36,609 nucleotides of DNA, taken from positions 1-36,609 of the forward strand of contig JBJMMA010000246.1 of assembly GCA_045805065.1 (NCBI GenBank), read 5' to 3'. This document shows positions 20,198 through 29,737 of the stretch, one piece after another. Position numbers and translations under genes: made by a program. Origin of the DNA: Bdellovibrionia bacterium (GTDB taxonomy: Bacteria > Bdellovibrionota > UBA1018). Within the stretch, counting starts at the first letter, position 1, and each line of letters starts with the position of its first letter. Under the pieces are notes generated by a model. That model made no database searches and was not told the origin of the DNA. It was given only the letters and a program-made list of their open reading frames with translations.

Positions 20198-21109
20198 ATG
20201 GGACGACGGGCAATCCTTGCCATTTCCGTGTTTGTACTGACTGCTGGATCAGGTGATCTCAGCATGTCCATGTCAATTCAGTTCAATTTAGGAGTTGCCC
20301 AAGCCGCTCAGCTCACCCAGGAAGAAGCCTGCGAGATCCTGGGAATTGCCAGGAACGCCTCCCCTGCCGAAATCAAAAAGGCATTTCGCAAACTAGCCCT
20401 GAAGTATCATCCTGATCGCCTGCATGCGAAAGCTGACGAAGAGAGCTTCAAGAAAATCAGAAAAGCCTACGAACTCTTGCATCCTAAACAACTCCCCGAA
20501 CAAGCGGATGTTGCGCCCTCACGCCATTCAAGATCTTATTCGATCGATCCAGAAACTTATCGCGAAGCCCAAGAACTGGCGAAAATAGAAATCATGGAGG
20601 GTGGCATAGGCATCACATTCCCCCAGGAGGCCAACAAATGGGCGGAAAGAATGGCAAGAATCTATTCACACAATGACTTCGAGCTTTGGTCAGTGAAATA
20701 CATTTCCGCCTTACGCCTGGCTTTGATGCCCATATCAGAAGGCGGCCTGGGCCTCGCGAAAGATAAAGACAAGCTTGCATATGCCACCAGCTGGGCTCAA
20801 GCAAGTGCGGCACTTCATAAAAACATCTCTGACTTTGATGCATGGGCCGAGCGCTATGATGCCGCCCTGAAGTTCTCGACTCAATATCCTCAGGTTGCCG
20901 GTTTGCCCAAATCGACCAGAAATCTTGAGGCCAAAGCTGCAGCTGAAACTGCAGCCGCAAAATGGGCGATAAAAAAAGCGAGCGAATTTTCCACGATAGC
21001 CGCGTTCAACCAGTGGGCTGCCGCGGAAGCCAAGCGCTCCCGCTCTCCCCTCGCTTGTTTTATCAGGCTCATTCAATCAAAAGCCGGCAATTCAAAAGTC
21101 CGCTTCTGA
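20198..21109 (+). CDS. J-domain (DnaJ-type) protein with N-terminal signal peptide and C-terminal helical repeats
   Basis: ACEILG...[17 protein letters not shown]...[18 protein letters not shown]...AQA leader; three W-containing repeats. Confidence 0.85.
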   Translation: MGRRAILAISVFVLTAGSGDLSMSMSIQFNLGVAQAAQLTQEEACEILGIARNASPAEIKKAFRKLALKYHPDRLHAKADEESFKKIRKAYELLHPKQLPEQADVAPSRHSRSYSIDPETYREAQELAKIEIMEGGIGITFPQEANKWAERMARIYSHNDFELWSVKYISALRLALMPISEGGLGLAKDKDKLAYATSWAQASAALHKNISDFDAWAERYDAALKFSTQYPQVAGLPKSTRNLEAKAAAETAAAKWAIKKASEFSTIAAFNQWAAAEAKRSRSPLACFIRLIQSKAGNSKVRF

Positions 21110-21154
21110 TCCAGGGCGCCGCTGTTGGATCTTCCATACGGCAAATGAAAGAAA

Positions 21155-22210
21155 TCAGCCGTGGCCGCCCATGAGGAATGGCTGAGCCATGAAGCTCAGG
21201 TCGCGAGCCTTGGTGCTTCTCTCAAAGAAGGCACGTGCCTCATTCCAAAGAGCTTCTGGTTCGGGGATGCTGAACACTTGTTTGCGAAACTCATGGCATC
21301 CAGGAAAGCCCGAGGAGTACCAAGCCAGGAATTTACGCGCATGAATCATCGCAGTTCGTGGCTGATAAGTTTCATGAAGCATCTTTTGCTGCTCATCGAT
21401 CAAGCGAATGTAGCGCTCAGCCTGAGGAGGCGTAAACGTCTCGCCTTTCCAGACTGCGTAGGCTTGTTCAAAGATGAATGGGTTTCTCAGAGCGCCACGT
21501 CCGATAAGAACTGCGTCCACGCCATACTCGCGAACGCGTTGAACTGCTACTTCACCGGTATTGATATCACCATTCCCAATGATCGGAAGTGAGCTCTTGG
21601 CTTTAATGTTTCCGATAAAATCCCAATCCGCCAGGCCACTGTAGCCTTGCGCGCGCGTGCGACCATGGATTGCAACCCAGGCGACACCTGCATCCGTCGC
21701 CGCCTTGACGACATCCAGAGCATTGCGGGTTTCAGAGTCCCAACCCGTACGGATCTTGATGGTGACAGGAATCTTCACGGACTTGACCATCGCCTCAAGA
21801 GTTTTTCCGAGCGAGATCGGATCACGGCACATCGCAGAGCCCGCGCCCTTTTTCACGACCTTGGGAACAGGGCAGCCTAAATTGAGATCGACAAAGTCTG
21901 CGCCAAGCTTTTCAACGTGCTGCGCGGCCTTGCAGAGAATCTCCGTCTCTTCGCCAAAAATCTGAAGCCCTACAGTGCGCTCTTCTTCATGAAAGCGAAG
22001 AAGATCCAAAGTGCGCTGCCCCGAATACTCAATGCCGTTGGCAGAGACGAGCTCCGATACGACCATCGAGCTTTGCATCCGGCGCATCAGTCTGCGGAAC
22101 GGAGAGTTCGTGATTCCTGCCATCGGTGCAAGCACGAATGGGTGATCGAGTTTGAATGGACCTACTTGAATTTGACTTTGTGTTTTTTGGGGTACTGCTG
22201 AGACGCTCAT
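21155..22210 (-). CDS. dusB: tRNA-dihydrouridine synthase B
   Basis: LAPMAG, DLNLGCP, KIRTGW, HGRTR, GNGDI, IGRGA. ATG 22210 overlaps the pepP stop (ATGA coupling). Confidence 0.93.
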   Translation of the reverse strand: MSVSAVPQKTQSQIQVGPFKLDHPFVLAPMAGITNSPFRRLMRRMQSSMVVSELVSANGIEYSGQRTLDLLRFHEEERTVGLQIFGEETEILCKAAQHVEKLGADFVDLNLGCPVPKVVKKGAGSAMCRDPISLGKTLEAMVKSVKIPVTIKIRTGWDSETRNALDVVKAATDAGVAWVAIHGRTRAQGYSGLADWDFIGNIKAKSSLPIIGNGDINTGEVAVQRVREYGVDAVLIGRGALRNPFIFEQAYAVWKGETFTPPQAERYIRLIDEQQKMLHETYQPRTAMIHARKFLAWYSSGFPGCHEFRKQVFSIPEPEALWNEARAFFERSTKARDLSFMAQPFLMGGHG

Positions 22211-23529
22211 GACTTCAAACTTTCGATTTCGGCGCGCTCCTTTGGCGCATCTTTTGTGAGGATGTCGCATCCATCCTTCGTGATTAAGATATTGTCTTCG
22301 ATCCGGATCCCGATGTTTTTGAAACGCTCAGGGACCGCGCGATCGGTTGGCTGCATGTAAAGGCCCGGCTCGATCGTAAAGACCATGCCTGGCTCAAGCT
22401 TTCTTGGCTCGCCGTTCTTTTGATAGAGGCCCACGTCATGGACATCCATTCCTAGCCAATGTCCGGTGCCGTGTGGATAAAAGCGGCGCATTTCGCTCGT
22501 GCGCAAAATCTCTTCTGCTTTGCCCTTTAAAAGACCGAGGGAAAGGAGTCCATCGACGAGCACTTCGGTAGCGCGTTTGTGAATCGCGTTCCATGGAGTG
22601 CCAGGCTTGGAGATGGCAATTGTCTCTTTCTGAGACTTCAGAACCAAATCGTAAATCTGCGCCTGAGCGTCTGTGAAGTTCCGACCTACCGGGAAAGTGC
22701 GCGTGATATCGGCCGTGTAATAGCCATACTCGCCGCCTGCATCGACCAGAAGAAGTTCGCCATCACGCAAGACTTCGTTGTTGGCGCGATAGTGAAGGCA
22801 GGTTGCGTTCTTTCCGCCAGCGACAATGCTTCCGTAGCCAACGCGTGCACAACCTTTGCGGCGGAACGTGTAATCGATCAAGGCTTCGATCTCATACTCG
22901 TTCATTCCAGGGCGCACTTCGCGCATGGCCGTTTTGTGGGCTTCAGAGGTGATCTCGCATGCTTTTCTTAAGAGCGCGATTTCTTCCGAGCTCTTAAAGA
23001 GGCGCATCTCTCCGATGAGCTCTTGAGGATCCGCAACCGACAACAAAGCCTTGCCGGCGCGTCCTTGGGTTCTACGAACTTTCTCGAGTCCCGCCTGAAC
23101 CTGACGATCCAGAACTTCAGACTGACCTAAGCGATAGTAAACTCGGTCGCAGCCCTGAAGTAGATCGACGATCTTCTCATCAAATTGGCTGGTGAGATAA
23201 GCTTCATCGACTCCGAAAACTTTCAGTGCGCCTTCAACGCCGTAGCGCTCGCCTTCCCAGATTTCCATCTCAGGATCGCGTTTGCGGACAAACAAGACCG
23301 AGCGATAGGTTCCAGGCTTGGACTTCTGAGGCGCAAGAACGAGCCATGCTTCAGGTTCTTCAAATCCAGAGAGGTAATAGAAGTTACTCTCCTGGCGGAA
23401 GGGATGATGAACATCCGGGTTTCTTAAAACCTCCGCGCTCGAAGGAAAGATAAAAGCAGCCCCTGGATTTGCGTTCGCAAGAGCATCTCGGCGCGCTTTG
23501 AAGTAGGATGGAACTTGAGTCAGAAGCAT
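22207..23529 (-). CDS. pepP: Xaa-Pro aminopeptidase
   Basis: FRQESNFYYLSG, LVDAG, ADITRT, HGTGHWLGMDVHD, TIEPG, RIED. Confidence 0.95.
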   Translation of the reverse strand: MLLTQVPSYFKARRDALANANPGAAFIFPSSAEVLRNPDVHHPFRQESNFYYLSGFEEPEAWLVLAPQKSKPGTYRSVLFVRKRDPEMEIWEGERYGVEGALKVFGVDEAYLTSQFDEKIVDLLQGCDRVYYRLGQSEVLDRQVQAGLEKVRRTQGRAGKALLSVADPQELIGEMRLFKSSEEIALLRKACEITSEAHKTAMREVRPGMNEYEIEALIDYTFRRKGCARVGYGSIVAGGKNATCLHYRANNEVLRDGELLLVDAGGEYGYYTADITRTFPVGRNFTDAQAQIYDLVLKSQKETIAISKPGTPWNAIHKRATEVLVDGLLSLGLLKGKAEEILRTSEMRRFYPHGTGHWLGMDVHDVGLYQKNGEPRKLEPGMVFTIEPGLYMQPTDRAVPERFKNIGIRIEDNILITKDGCDILTKDAPKERAEIESLKS

Positions 23530-23559
23530 TGCACCACTAGTTAACTGAAATGGTCAAAA

Positions 23560-24204
23560 ATGGCAAATCTGGGAATCGTTTTCGATCTCGACGGGACGCT
23601 CGTTGATTCACTCTCTTTTACATTAGAAGCCTTTAATTACGGCATCGTCAGCCAAGGCGGAAAAGCCCTTTCCCCTGCTGAAATCATGAAGTTTTTCGGT
23701 CCCGGTGAAGGAGATATTTTCTCAGCTATTTTGGGAGAGGCAAAGTCCGTCCCCGCCTATCTGGCCTACCAACGCTTTGTCGACGAGAACCTCCAGAAGA
23801 TGCCTTTGCATACTGGGGTTCCAGAGCTTCTCGAGCAGCTGAAATCCGCGAGTGTTCCTATTGCGATTTTTACGGGGCGGAGCTGGCCGACGACTGAGCT
23901 GATTTTAAAGCATCATGGGCTTCTCGATCGCTTCATTACGATCGTAGCCAGCGACCATGTGAACATGCCCAAGCCTTCGCCCGAAGGACTTCATCTGGCT
24001 CTCTCAAAAATGAAGCTTCGTCCTGCCGATGTTCTTTTCGTCGGCGATTCTCATTTTGATATGCAGGCCGCGCGAGTCGCGGGTGCCAAGGGAGTTGCTG
24101 CGCTTTGGGATTTACTTGCGGATAGAAAGAGTCTTGAAAAACAGAATCCTCATCATTGGGCTAAGACGCCTGGTGAGATTTTTGAGATTTATAACGGGCT
24201 CTGA
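23560..24204 (+). CDS. HAD superfamily hydrolase (phosphoglycolate phosphatase-like)
   Basis: FDLDGTLVDS, FTG, KPSP, VGDSHFD. Confidence 0.92.
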   Translation: MANLGIVFDLDGTLVDSLSFTLEAFNYGIVSQGGKALSPAEIMKFFGPGEGDIFSAILGEAKSVPAYLAYQRFVDENLQKMPLHTGVPELLEQLKSASVPIAIFTGRSWPTTELILKHHGLLDRFITIVASDHVNMPKPSPEGLHLALSKMKLRPADVLFVGDSHFDMQAARVAGAKGVAALWDLLADRKSLEKQNPHHWAKTPGEIFEIYNGL

Positions 24205-24231
24205 AAGAGTGACCTCATCCAGGATGATTAT

Positions 24232-24792
24232 ATGAAAGTTTCGCTATTTTCGTTTTTAATCAGCGTATGCCTTGTGGGCTGCTCGACATTGAAAATGAGC
24301 GACTCTAACTCAAAAATAAGATCACCAGGAAGTTTGGATTCTCTTGTGAAATATTCGAAGATATCAGGAATATTTTTGAATTTTCAAAATGGGCAGCGAA
24401 TAAGTACGGGTATTTCTTATTCGAGTCAGGAGTTCCGATCAGCTCAAAAAGAGTTAGTTATTCAAACCTATGAAAACAATACCGTTATTGAAACCCATCT
24501 TCTCTTAAAAGGACCTAAGTCCTTAGAGTTTATCAGCCGATCTAATGATCCTAGAATTCCGGTCATTACAGGTGAATTTTTTAATTCTGATTATGAGGAA
24601 TGTATTTTGAAATCCTCGCTGCCTGATAAAAACATCAGCATCAGTGGGATTGTAACAAAGATAGACTTGAAACATGCCCTTAGTACGAAGACTTTGACCG
24701 ATTCATCTTCAGGGAAAATAACAGGAATCATGCAAGAGCAGGTTGAGTTGATCTCCGAATCCGAGTTTAAGGCGGCACTTAATTTAAAATGA
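24232..24792 (+). CDS. Hypothetical lipoprotein, AT-rich
   Basis: MK...LVGC lipobox; AGGA RBS; visibly lower GC than neighbouring genes. Confidence 0.7.
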   Translation: MKVSLFSFLISVCLVGCSTLKMSDSNSKIRSPGSLDSLVKYSKISGIFLNFQNGQRISTGISYSSQEFRSAQKELVIQTYENNTVIETHLLLKGPKSLEFISRSNDPRIPVITGEFFNSDYEECILKSSLPDKNISISGIVTKIDLKHALSTKTLTDSSSGKITGIMQEQVELISESEFKAALNLK

Positions 24793-24937
24793 CTATGTGA
24801 CGGCAGAAGGATTTTTAACTAAGGCGCAAAAAGCTCAGCAAGAGCAAATAGCACCTTACGCTTTGTAGAAGTATTGATTGATCCAAGGCTCTTCACTGCG
24901 CACGTTCGAATTTGATCGAGATCAAATGATAGAGATA

Positions 24938-24972
24938 AAAAAAACGCCCCACTGGAAAACCAGTGAGGCGTG
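24938..24972 (-). terminator. Intrinsic terminator after the VOC gene
   Basis: Minus strand ACGCCTCACTGG-TTTT-CCAGTGGGGCGT followed by a T-run. Confidence 0.8.
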
Positions 24973-25045
24973 ATTTGAATCCAGAAAGCAGACCTTGACG
25001 CAACGCTTCGCCGCAGCGAAGAAGCGCCGCTGCAAAGTCAGGTAT

Positions 25046-25813
25046 TTAAGCCTTCGACATCCTCTTGCGGCCGTAGTCCTTCATGGTGTCTTCGGCGGTT
25101 TGAATGATGCTTTCGGTAATCTCCCAAACCTTCTTGCCCTTCACGAGAGCATGAAGCTTTTCGAAGAGAGCTTCATCGAGGAATGGCGTGACCTTGCCGC
25201 TTTGGTACTCAGCTTCCTTCTCGCCATAGAGGCCGAGGAAGGTCTTGTCGTTGAACCAGGATTCGCGGTTGTGATCAGCAAGCTTTTGCAAAAGCGCTGG
25301 GGATGGGTTTCTTTGAAGGTACTCAAAGAACATTCCGCTTGGAGGCGAGCCTGGGAAAAACCATTCGCCTGAGAAAATCTGAATCACGTCATCGCTCTCA
25401 TCGCGAAGGATTGGAGTGATGAAGTTCACGCCGCGCTCAATCGCGTGACGATGGAAAGCCATGAGGTCTGGAGTTCTGAGAGCAATGTGCTGCCAGTGAG
25501 CTGCGGCCTTGTGACCATCGAGCATTTCGCGCACGTGAGATGGCTGCGTCTTTGGCTCGGAAGGTTGCACGACTGCGATCATCGTGTTGTCGAGCTTTTC
25601 GTTGTACTCGCCGCCGTGACCGACTTGCATCGCAAAAGTCAGAGACTCTTCGCCCTGTCCCTTGACCCATTCTTTACGCTTTTCATAGAGCATGTGCTCA
25701 GGAGTGCAACCAAAGATCGTTCTGAAGATCAGATACGAAACATTGTAGAGCTCGGGTTGAACGAGCAGGGTCATGTGATCGACTTTGAAATTGAGGTAAG
25801 ATGGGCGTGTCAT
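25046..25813 (-). CDS. VOC-family metalloenzyme resembling the isolated C-terminal domain of 4-hydroxyphenylpyruvate dioxygenase
   Basis: VDH, SHVREML, QHIAL, RGVNF, VIQIF, FFEYLQR and F...TFLGLY are collinear with HPPD C-domain motifs. Confidence 0.75.
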   Translation of the reverse strand: MTRPSYLNFKVDHMTLLVQPELYNVSYLIFRTIFGCTPEHMLYEKRKEWVKGQGEESLTFAMQVGHGGEYNEKLDNTMIAVVQPSEPKTQPSHVREMLDGHKAAAHWQHIALRTPDLMAFHRHAIERGVNFITPILRDESDDVIQIFSGEWFFPGSPPSGMFFEYLQRNPSPALLQKLADHNRESWFNDKTFLGLYGEKEAEYQSGKVTPFLDEALFEKLHALVKGKKVWEITESIIQTAEDTMKDYGRKRMSKA

Positions 25814-25892
25814 ATGAGCGGTTCTATCCTGGGTCCGAAGTTATTTCAATCCAGGGATAATCACGCGGGGCACAACGCCCAGCTGGCGAACT

Positions 25893-25928
25893 AAAAAGGC
25901 GCCACCCCTAGCAAGTAGAAGTGGCGCC
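25893..25928 (-). terminator. Intrinsic terminator after speA
   Basis: Minus strand GGCGCCACTTCTA...TAGGGGTGGCGCC followed by TTTTT. Confidence 0.8.
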
Positions 25929-25962
25929 CCAATATAATATAAAGATCAAAGAGAATAACCGA

Positions 25963-27981
25963 CTAGTTCAGAAGACCTGAGCTATTCGAATCCGCCGTCA
26001 CAGCAACCGAAGTCGCTGCCTGAGCAGCTTGAGCTGCTGCATGCGTGGCCTGCAGGAAGGACGTTTGACGATCGTAGTCGACGTAGGTGTAACCATGCAG
26101 AACGCCTTCGTAGAAGTTCTGAAGCTCAACACCTTCACGTGGCTTGATCGAACCTTCTCGAACCTTGGCGTCGATTTGCTCTTTTACGCGCTTCTCAAGA
26201 TCGGTCGCGCTGTACTGAATCCACGAGAGCAGGCTTGCAACGTTGTTCCCTTTGATGACTTCTTCGATGTAGTAGCCACCTGGCTCCGTCTCATCGAGGA
26301 AAACGTGAACTTCGTTCACGCGGCCAAAGAGGTTGTGTAAGTCGCCCATGATGTCCTGGTACGCGCCCATCAAAAAGAAACCCAGGTAATAAGGCTCACC
26401 TGGCTTGAGCTGATGGAGCGGAAGCGTATCCTTGATATCGCGCAAGTCGATGAACTTGGAGACCTTGCCGTCCGAGTCGCAGGTAATGTCGACCAGGGTC
26501 GCTTGGCGAACCGGTTCTTCATCGAGGCGATGAATCGGAACGATTGGGAAGAGATGTTGAATCGCCCAATGGTCCGGCATCGATTGGAAAACGGAGAAGT
26601 TACAGAGATACTGATCAGCGAGATGCTTGTTCAGTGCTTCCACTTCATCTGGAACGTACTTGAGGCCCGCGGAGTTCTTATGAATCACTTTGCAGATCTG
26701 CCAGAAGATGTGTTCCACCTTCGCGCGGTCTTCAAGGGATAAGAAGCCGAGCTTGAACATGCTCAAAGCTTCTTCCTTGCGCTGAACAGCGTCGTGGAAG
26801 TGTTCGAGGAGGTTCTTTGCGGAGAGATGCTTCGAGAGATAGCGCATCTCCTTCACCACATCGTCTTCGTCCGCGGTTTCTTCCATCGAGATCGGAGCTG
26901 CGCCAACTTCGATGCTTCCGAAGACGTTGACGATCAGAACCGAGTGATGAGCAACCAATGCGCGACCGGTTTCGGACACGATGTTTGGCTCTGGCACTTC
27001 TTCGGCCTGGCAAACTTCCTGGATCGAATAAACGACGTCGCTCACATATTCCTGGAGCGAGTAGTTCATCGAGCTGTCAAACGCGGTGCGGGAGCCGTCG
27101 TAATCGACTGCAAGTCCGCCGCCCACATCGAGGAACTCGATATTGAGTCCCATCTTGCGGAGCTTCGAGTAAATGCGAGTTGCTTCCTTCACCGCATCCT
27201 TCACGGTGCGAATGTTGGTGATCTGAGAGCCTACGTGGAAGTGGAGAAGCTTGAAGCTGTCTTCCAGGCCTTCGCGACGCAGAATCTGAACAGCGTGGAG
27301 AATCTCTGGAGTCGTCAGACCGAACTTGGCGTTCTCGCCCCCGCTGGATTCCCACTTGCCGCTTCCTTTGGAAGCGAGCTTGCAGCGAATGCCGATTTGA
27401 GGCGTGACACCCAGTTCACGAGCCACGTGAATGATCTGATAAAGCTCAGAAAGCTTTTCGACCGTGATAATCGTGCGCTTACCGAGCTTGATGCCCATGA
27501 GCGCCGTCTTGATGAAAGCGTAATCCTTATAACCGTTGCAAAGGAGCAAGGCGTTTGGGGAGGTCGGCATTGAGACGATCGCGGCAAGCTCAGCCTTGGA
27601 GCCTGCTTCGAGACCGAAGTCGTATGGGCGGCCGGCATCGAGGATTTCCTCGACCACTTCGCGCATTTGATTAACCTTGATCGGATAGACGCCCTGGAAG
27701 CGGCCCTTGTATCCGAATTCGGCGATGGATTTCTTGAACGCTTCATTGAGCGTCACCACGCGATGGCGAATGATGTCCTGAAAGCGAATCAGAACCGGAA
27801 GCTCAAGACCTTGCGCGCGAATTTCTTCGACGACCGCAGAGAGATCGACTCCTGGCCCTTCCCCACGCTTAGGGTGAACAGTGAGGTTGCCGGTGGGATT
27901 CATGCTGAAATACTGATCCCCCCAGTTCTCGATGTTGTACAACTTCAAAGAATCCGAAACTCCCCATGTTCTCATGGACAT
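25963..27981 (-). CDS. speA: Biosynthetic arginine decarboxylase
   Basis: YPIKVNQ (PLP Lys), EAGSK, HFHVGSQ, DVGGGL.VDYDG, DITCDSDG, GAYQDIMGDLHNLFG. Confidence 0.97.
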   Translation of the reverse strand: MSMRTWGVSDSLKLYNIENWGDQYFSMNPTGNLTVHPKRGEGPGVDLSAVVEEIRAQGLELPVLIRFQDIIRHRVVTLNEAFKKSIAEFGYKGRFQGVYPIKVNQMREVVEEILDAGRPYDFGLEAGSKAELAAIVSMPTSPNALLLCNGYKDYAFIKTALMGIKLGKRTIITVEKLSELYQIIHVARELGVTPQIGIRCKLASKGSGKWESSGGENAKFGLTTPEILHAVQILRREGLEDSFKLLHFHVGSQITNIRTVKDAVKEATRIYSKLRKMGLNIEFLDVGGGLAVDYDGSRTAFDSSMNYSLQEYVSDVVYSIQEVCQAEEVPEPNIVSETGRALVAHHSVLIVNVFGSIEVGAAPISMEETADEDDVVKEMRYLSKHLSAKNLLEHFHDAVQRKEEALSMFKLGFLSLEDRAKVEHIFWQICKVIHKNSAGLKYVPDEVEALNKHLADQYLCNFSVFQSMPDHWAIQHLFPIVPIHRLDEEPVRQATLVDITCDSDGKVSKFIDLRDIKDTLPLHQLKPGEPYYLGFFLMGAYQDIMGDLHNLFGRVNEVHVFLDETEPGGYYIEEVIKGNNVASLLSWIQYSATDLEKRVKEQIDAKVREGSIKPREGVELQNFYEGVLHGYTYVDYDRQTSFLQATHAAAQAAQAATSVAVTADSNSSGLLN

Positions 27982-28136
27982 CCCCTTACCACCTTAGACG
28001 CACCACCTCAAACCAAAATCATACTCGCTTGAATCATATTCAAAGACTGAAATGGTGATTTCTTCAGTATGGACCAAGTTCGTTTCGGAAGCACAACCCA
28101 AACTTTCGGGGATTAAATTTTGAGGGCCAGAAAATA

Positions 28137-28170
28137 AAAAAAAGGCGCCTGAGCTTTCGCCCAGACGCCT
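28137..28170 (-). terminator. Intrinsic terminator after the M14 peptidase gene
   Basis: Minus strand AGGCGTCTGGGC-GAAA-GCTCAGGCGCCT followed by a T-run. Confidence 0.85.
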
Positions 28171-28193
28171 GAACAGGAGCTCAAGCCCAAAAA

Positions 28194-29114
28194 TTATTCA
28201 GAATGGCGGTCATATGCCCGGAGACTGGTATCACAACGTCCCGTGAAGGCATGATTTGCCGCGCGCTGAGTGGGAGTTTGCTCGAACATGCGACGCATTC
28301 CTGGCACGTTCACAGCCTGCATCCGACGGACTTCGCTGTCAGAAGGATTATGGGATTGGCCAAGCTCAAAGAGAATCGACCAGATTCCATGCTGCCAGTA
28401 CGCGTAGTCCTCGTAGGCGCCATCCGCAGGGTAGATCACCTCGGTGTTTCGGCCTGTTTGATAGTGACTTTCCTGGGTCGCAGCCTTGACCAGGTTCTGA
28501 AAAATTCCGTCATATGCGGTGCTTAGGTCATGTGAGGAGATTCCCCAAGGATAAACAACCGCAGGATAATAAGTGTGAAGCGTTGCCGATCCGATAATCC
28601 CCTGCTGGTTAATGAACTGAGCCAAAGCGGCCGTCGAACGAAGCTTCCATGGACCTTCCGTGCCACAAGGACCCGGATAGTCGCGATTTGGATCGACATG
28701 GATTCCTTGAGCATTGATCTCATAGCGGTCACGACGATCAAATCCGTTCGTGTTCAGAACCGGAATCACGAAAATAGTCTGGCCATGGATAGGTTGATCC
28801 GCGACCGATGCGGCAAATGCTTTTGCGACTTCGGTGGAGCCGTATTCGTTTCCGTGATGAGTTGCGACCAGAAGATGGCGGACATTGTTGGGGTTACCAT
28901 CGCCAATCATTGCGCCGACGATAGGCTCGCCGTTATCGGCGATGCCCAGCGTGAAAAGCTGAACGGTTTTAGGATGATCCGCCGCGAGCTTTTGCATGAA
29001 CGCTTTCACGTCCTTGTAGTTGTTGGATAATGGGATGTTGGGATTCGTAGGGGCAGCAAGCGCTTGGACTGCGAACAAAAGTCCCAGCACCGCAAATCGA
29101 GCGTAACGGGTCAT
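28194..29114 (-). CDS. Secreted M14 family zinc carboxypeptidase
   Basis: Signal peptide MTRYARFAVLGLLFAVQALA from ATG 29114; HGNE, DPNRDY, LHTY, DG...DYAY, FELG. Confidence 0.9.
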   Translation of the reverse strand: MTRYARFAVLGLLFAVQALAAPTNPNIPLSNNYKDVKAFMQKLAADHPKTVQLFTLGIADNGEPIVGAMIGDGNPNNVRHLLVATHHGNEYGSTEVAKAFAASVADQPIHGQTIFVIPVLNTNGFDRRDRYEINAQGIHVDPNRDYPGPCGTEGPWKLRSTAALAQFINQQGIIGSATLHTYYPAVVYPWGISSHDLSTAYDGIFQNLVKAATQESHYQTGRNTEVIYPADGAYEDYAYWQHGIWSILFELGQSHNPSDSEVRRMQAVNVPGMRRMFEQTPTQRAANHAFTGRCDTSLRAYDRHSE

Positions 29115-29227
29115 TCCATGACTCACTTTCGATAGTATCGCGGTTAGTAAAATCCGTTTCAGCCGGCTTATAAGGCTGCAAAATTTGCCGGCTGGTCGAG
29201 AGTGTATACCCGCTCGCTCAAACAAAG

Positions 29228-29273
29228 AAGGCACACTGCATCATGAAATAAAACAGATGCAGTGTGCCTTTTT
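29228..29273. terminator. Hairpin/terminator downstream of rnpB
   Basis: 15-bp perfect inverted repeat AAGGCACACTGCATC / GATGCAGTGTGCCTT with A-rich and T-rich flanks. Confidence 0.75.
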
Positions 29274-29282
29274 GAATTTTAA

Positions 29283-29721
29283 TAACGCAAGACTGTAAGC
29301 CGGGTTCTGTCTTCGCCGCTCGCATGCGAGCAGCGGAGGCGATCATTCCTCTGGGACTTGTATTGCTACAAGCCTCAAGCGGCCTTACCCGAGGGCATGG
29401 TCGAGCCGACCTTAACGCCCCCCTATTTGGCCTTGCTCCAGGTAGGGTTTGCCATGCCGTTTTCGTCACCGAAAACGCGGTGGGCTCTTACCCCACCGTT
29501 TCGCCCTTACCCTCTGATCGAAACCAGAAGGCGGTATGTTTTCTGTTGCACTTTCCGTCACCCGAAGACTTTTGGCCACCGGGTGCCTGGCCGTTAGCCA
29601 GTACCTTGCTTTTTGGAGCCCGGACTTTCCTCCCGCTCTGCCCGCATTGTGTTCGATTCAGAAACCGAAGCTTCCTTTCCGAACACGCAGAACAAAGCCA
29701 GCGATCGCCCGTCTTGCGTTA
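29283..29721 (-). ncRNA. rnpB: RNase P RNA, bacterial type A
   Basis: Minus strand GAGGAAAGTCCGGGCTCC, GGAAAGTGCAACAGAAA, GGTAAGAGCCCACCGC, ACAGAACCCGGCTTA; P1 formed by TAACGCAAGAC / GTCTTGCGTTA. Confidence 0.98.
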
Positions 29722-29737
29722 AACTTTAAACTTCTTT

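Noticed and set aside
26794..27573. 259-aa plus-strand ORF
   Set aside because: Antisense shadow of speA.
29218..29722. ORFs overlapping 29.2-29.7 kb
   Set aside because: They lie over the RNase P RNA gene.
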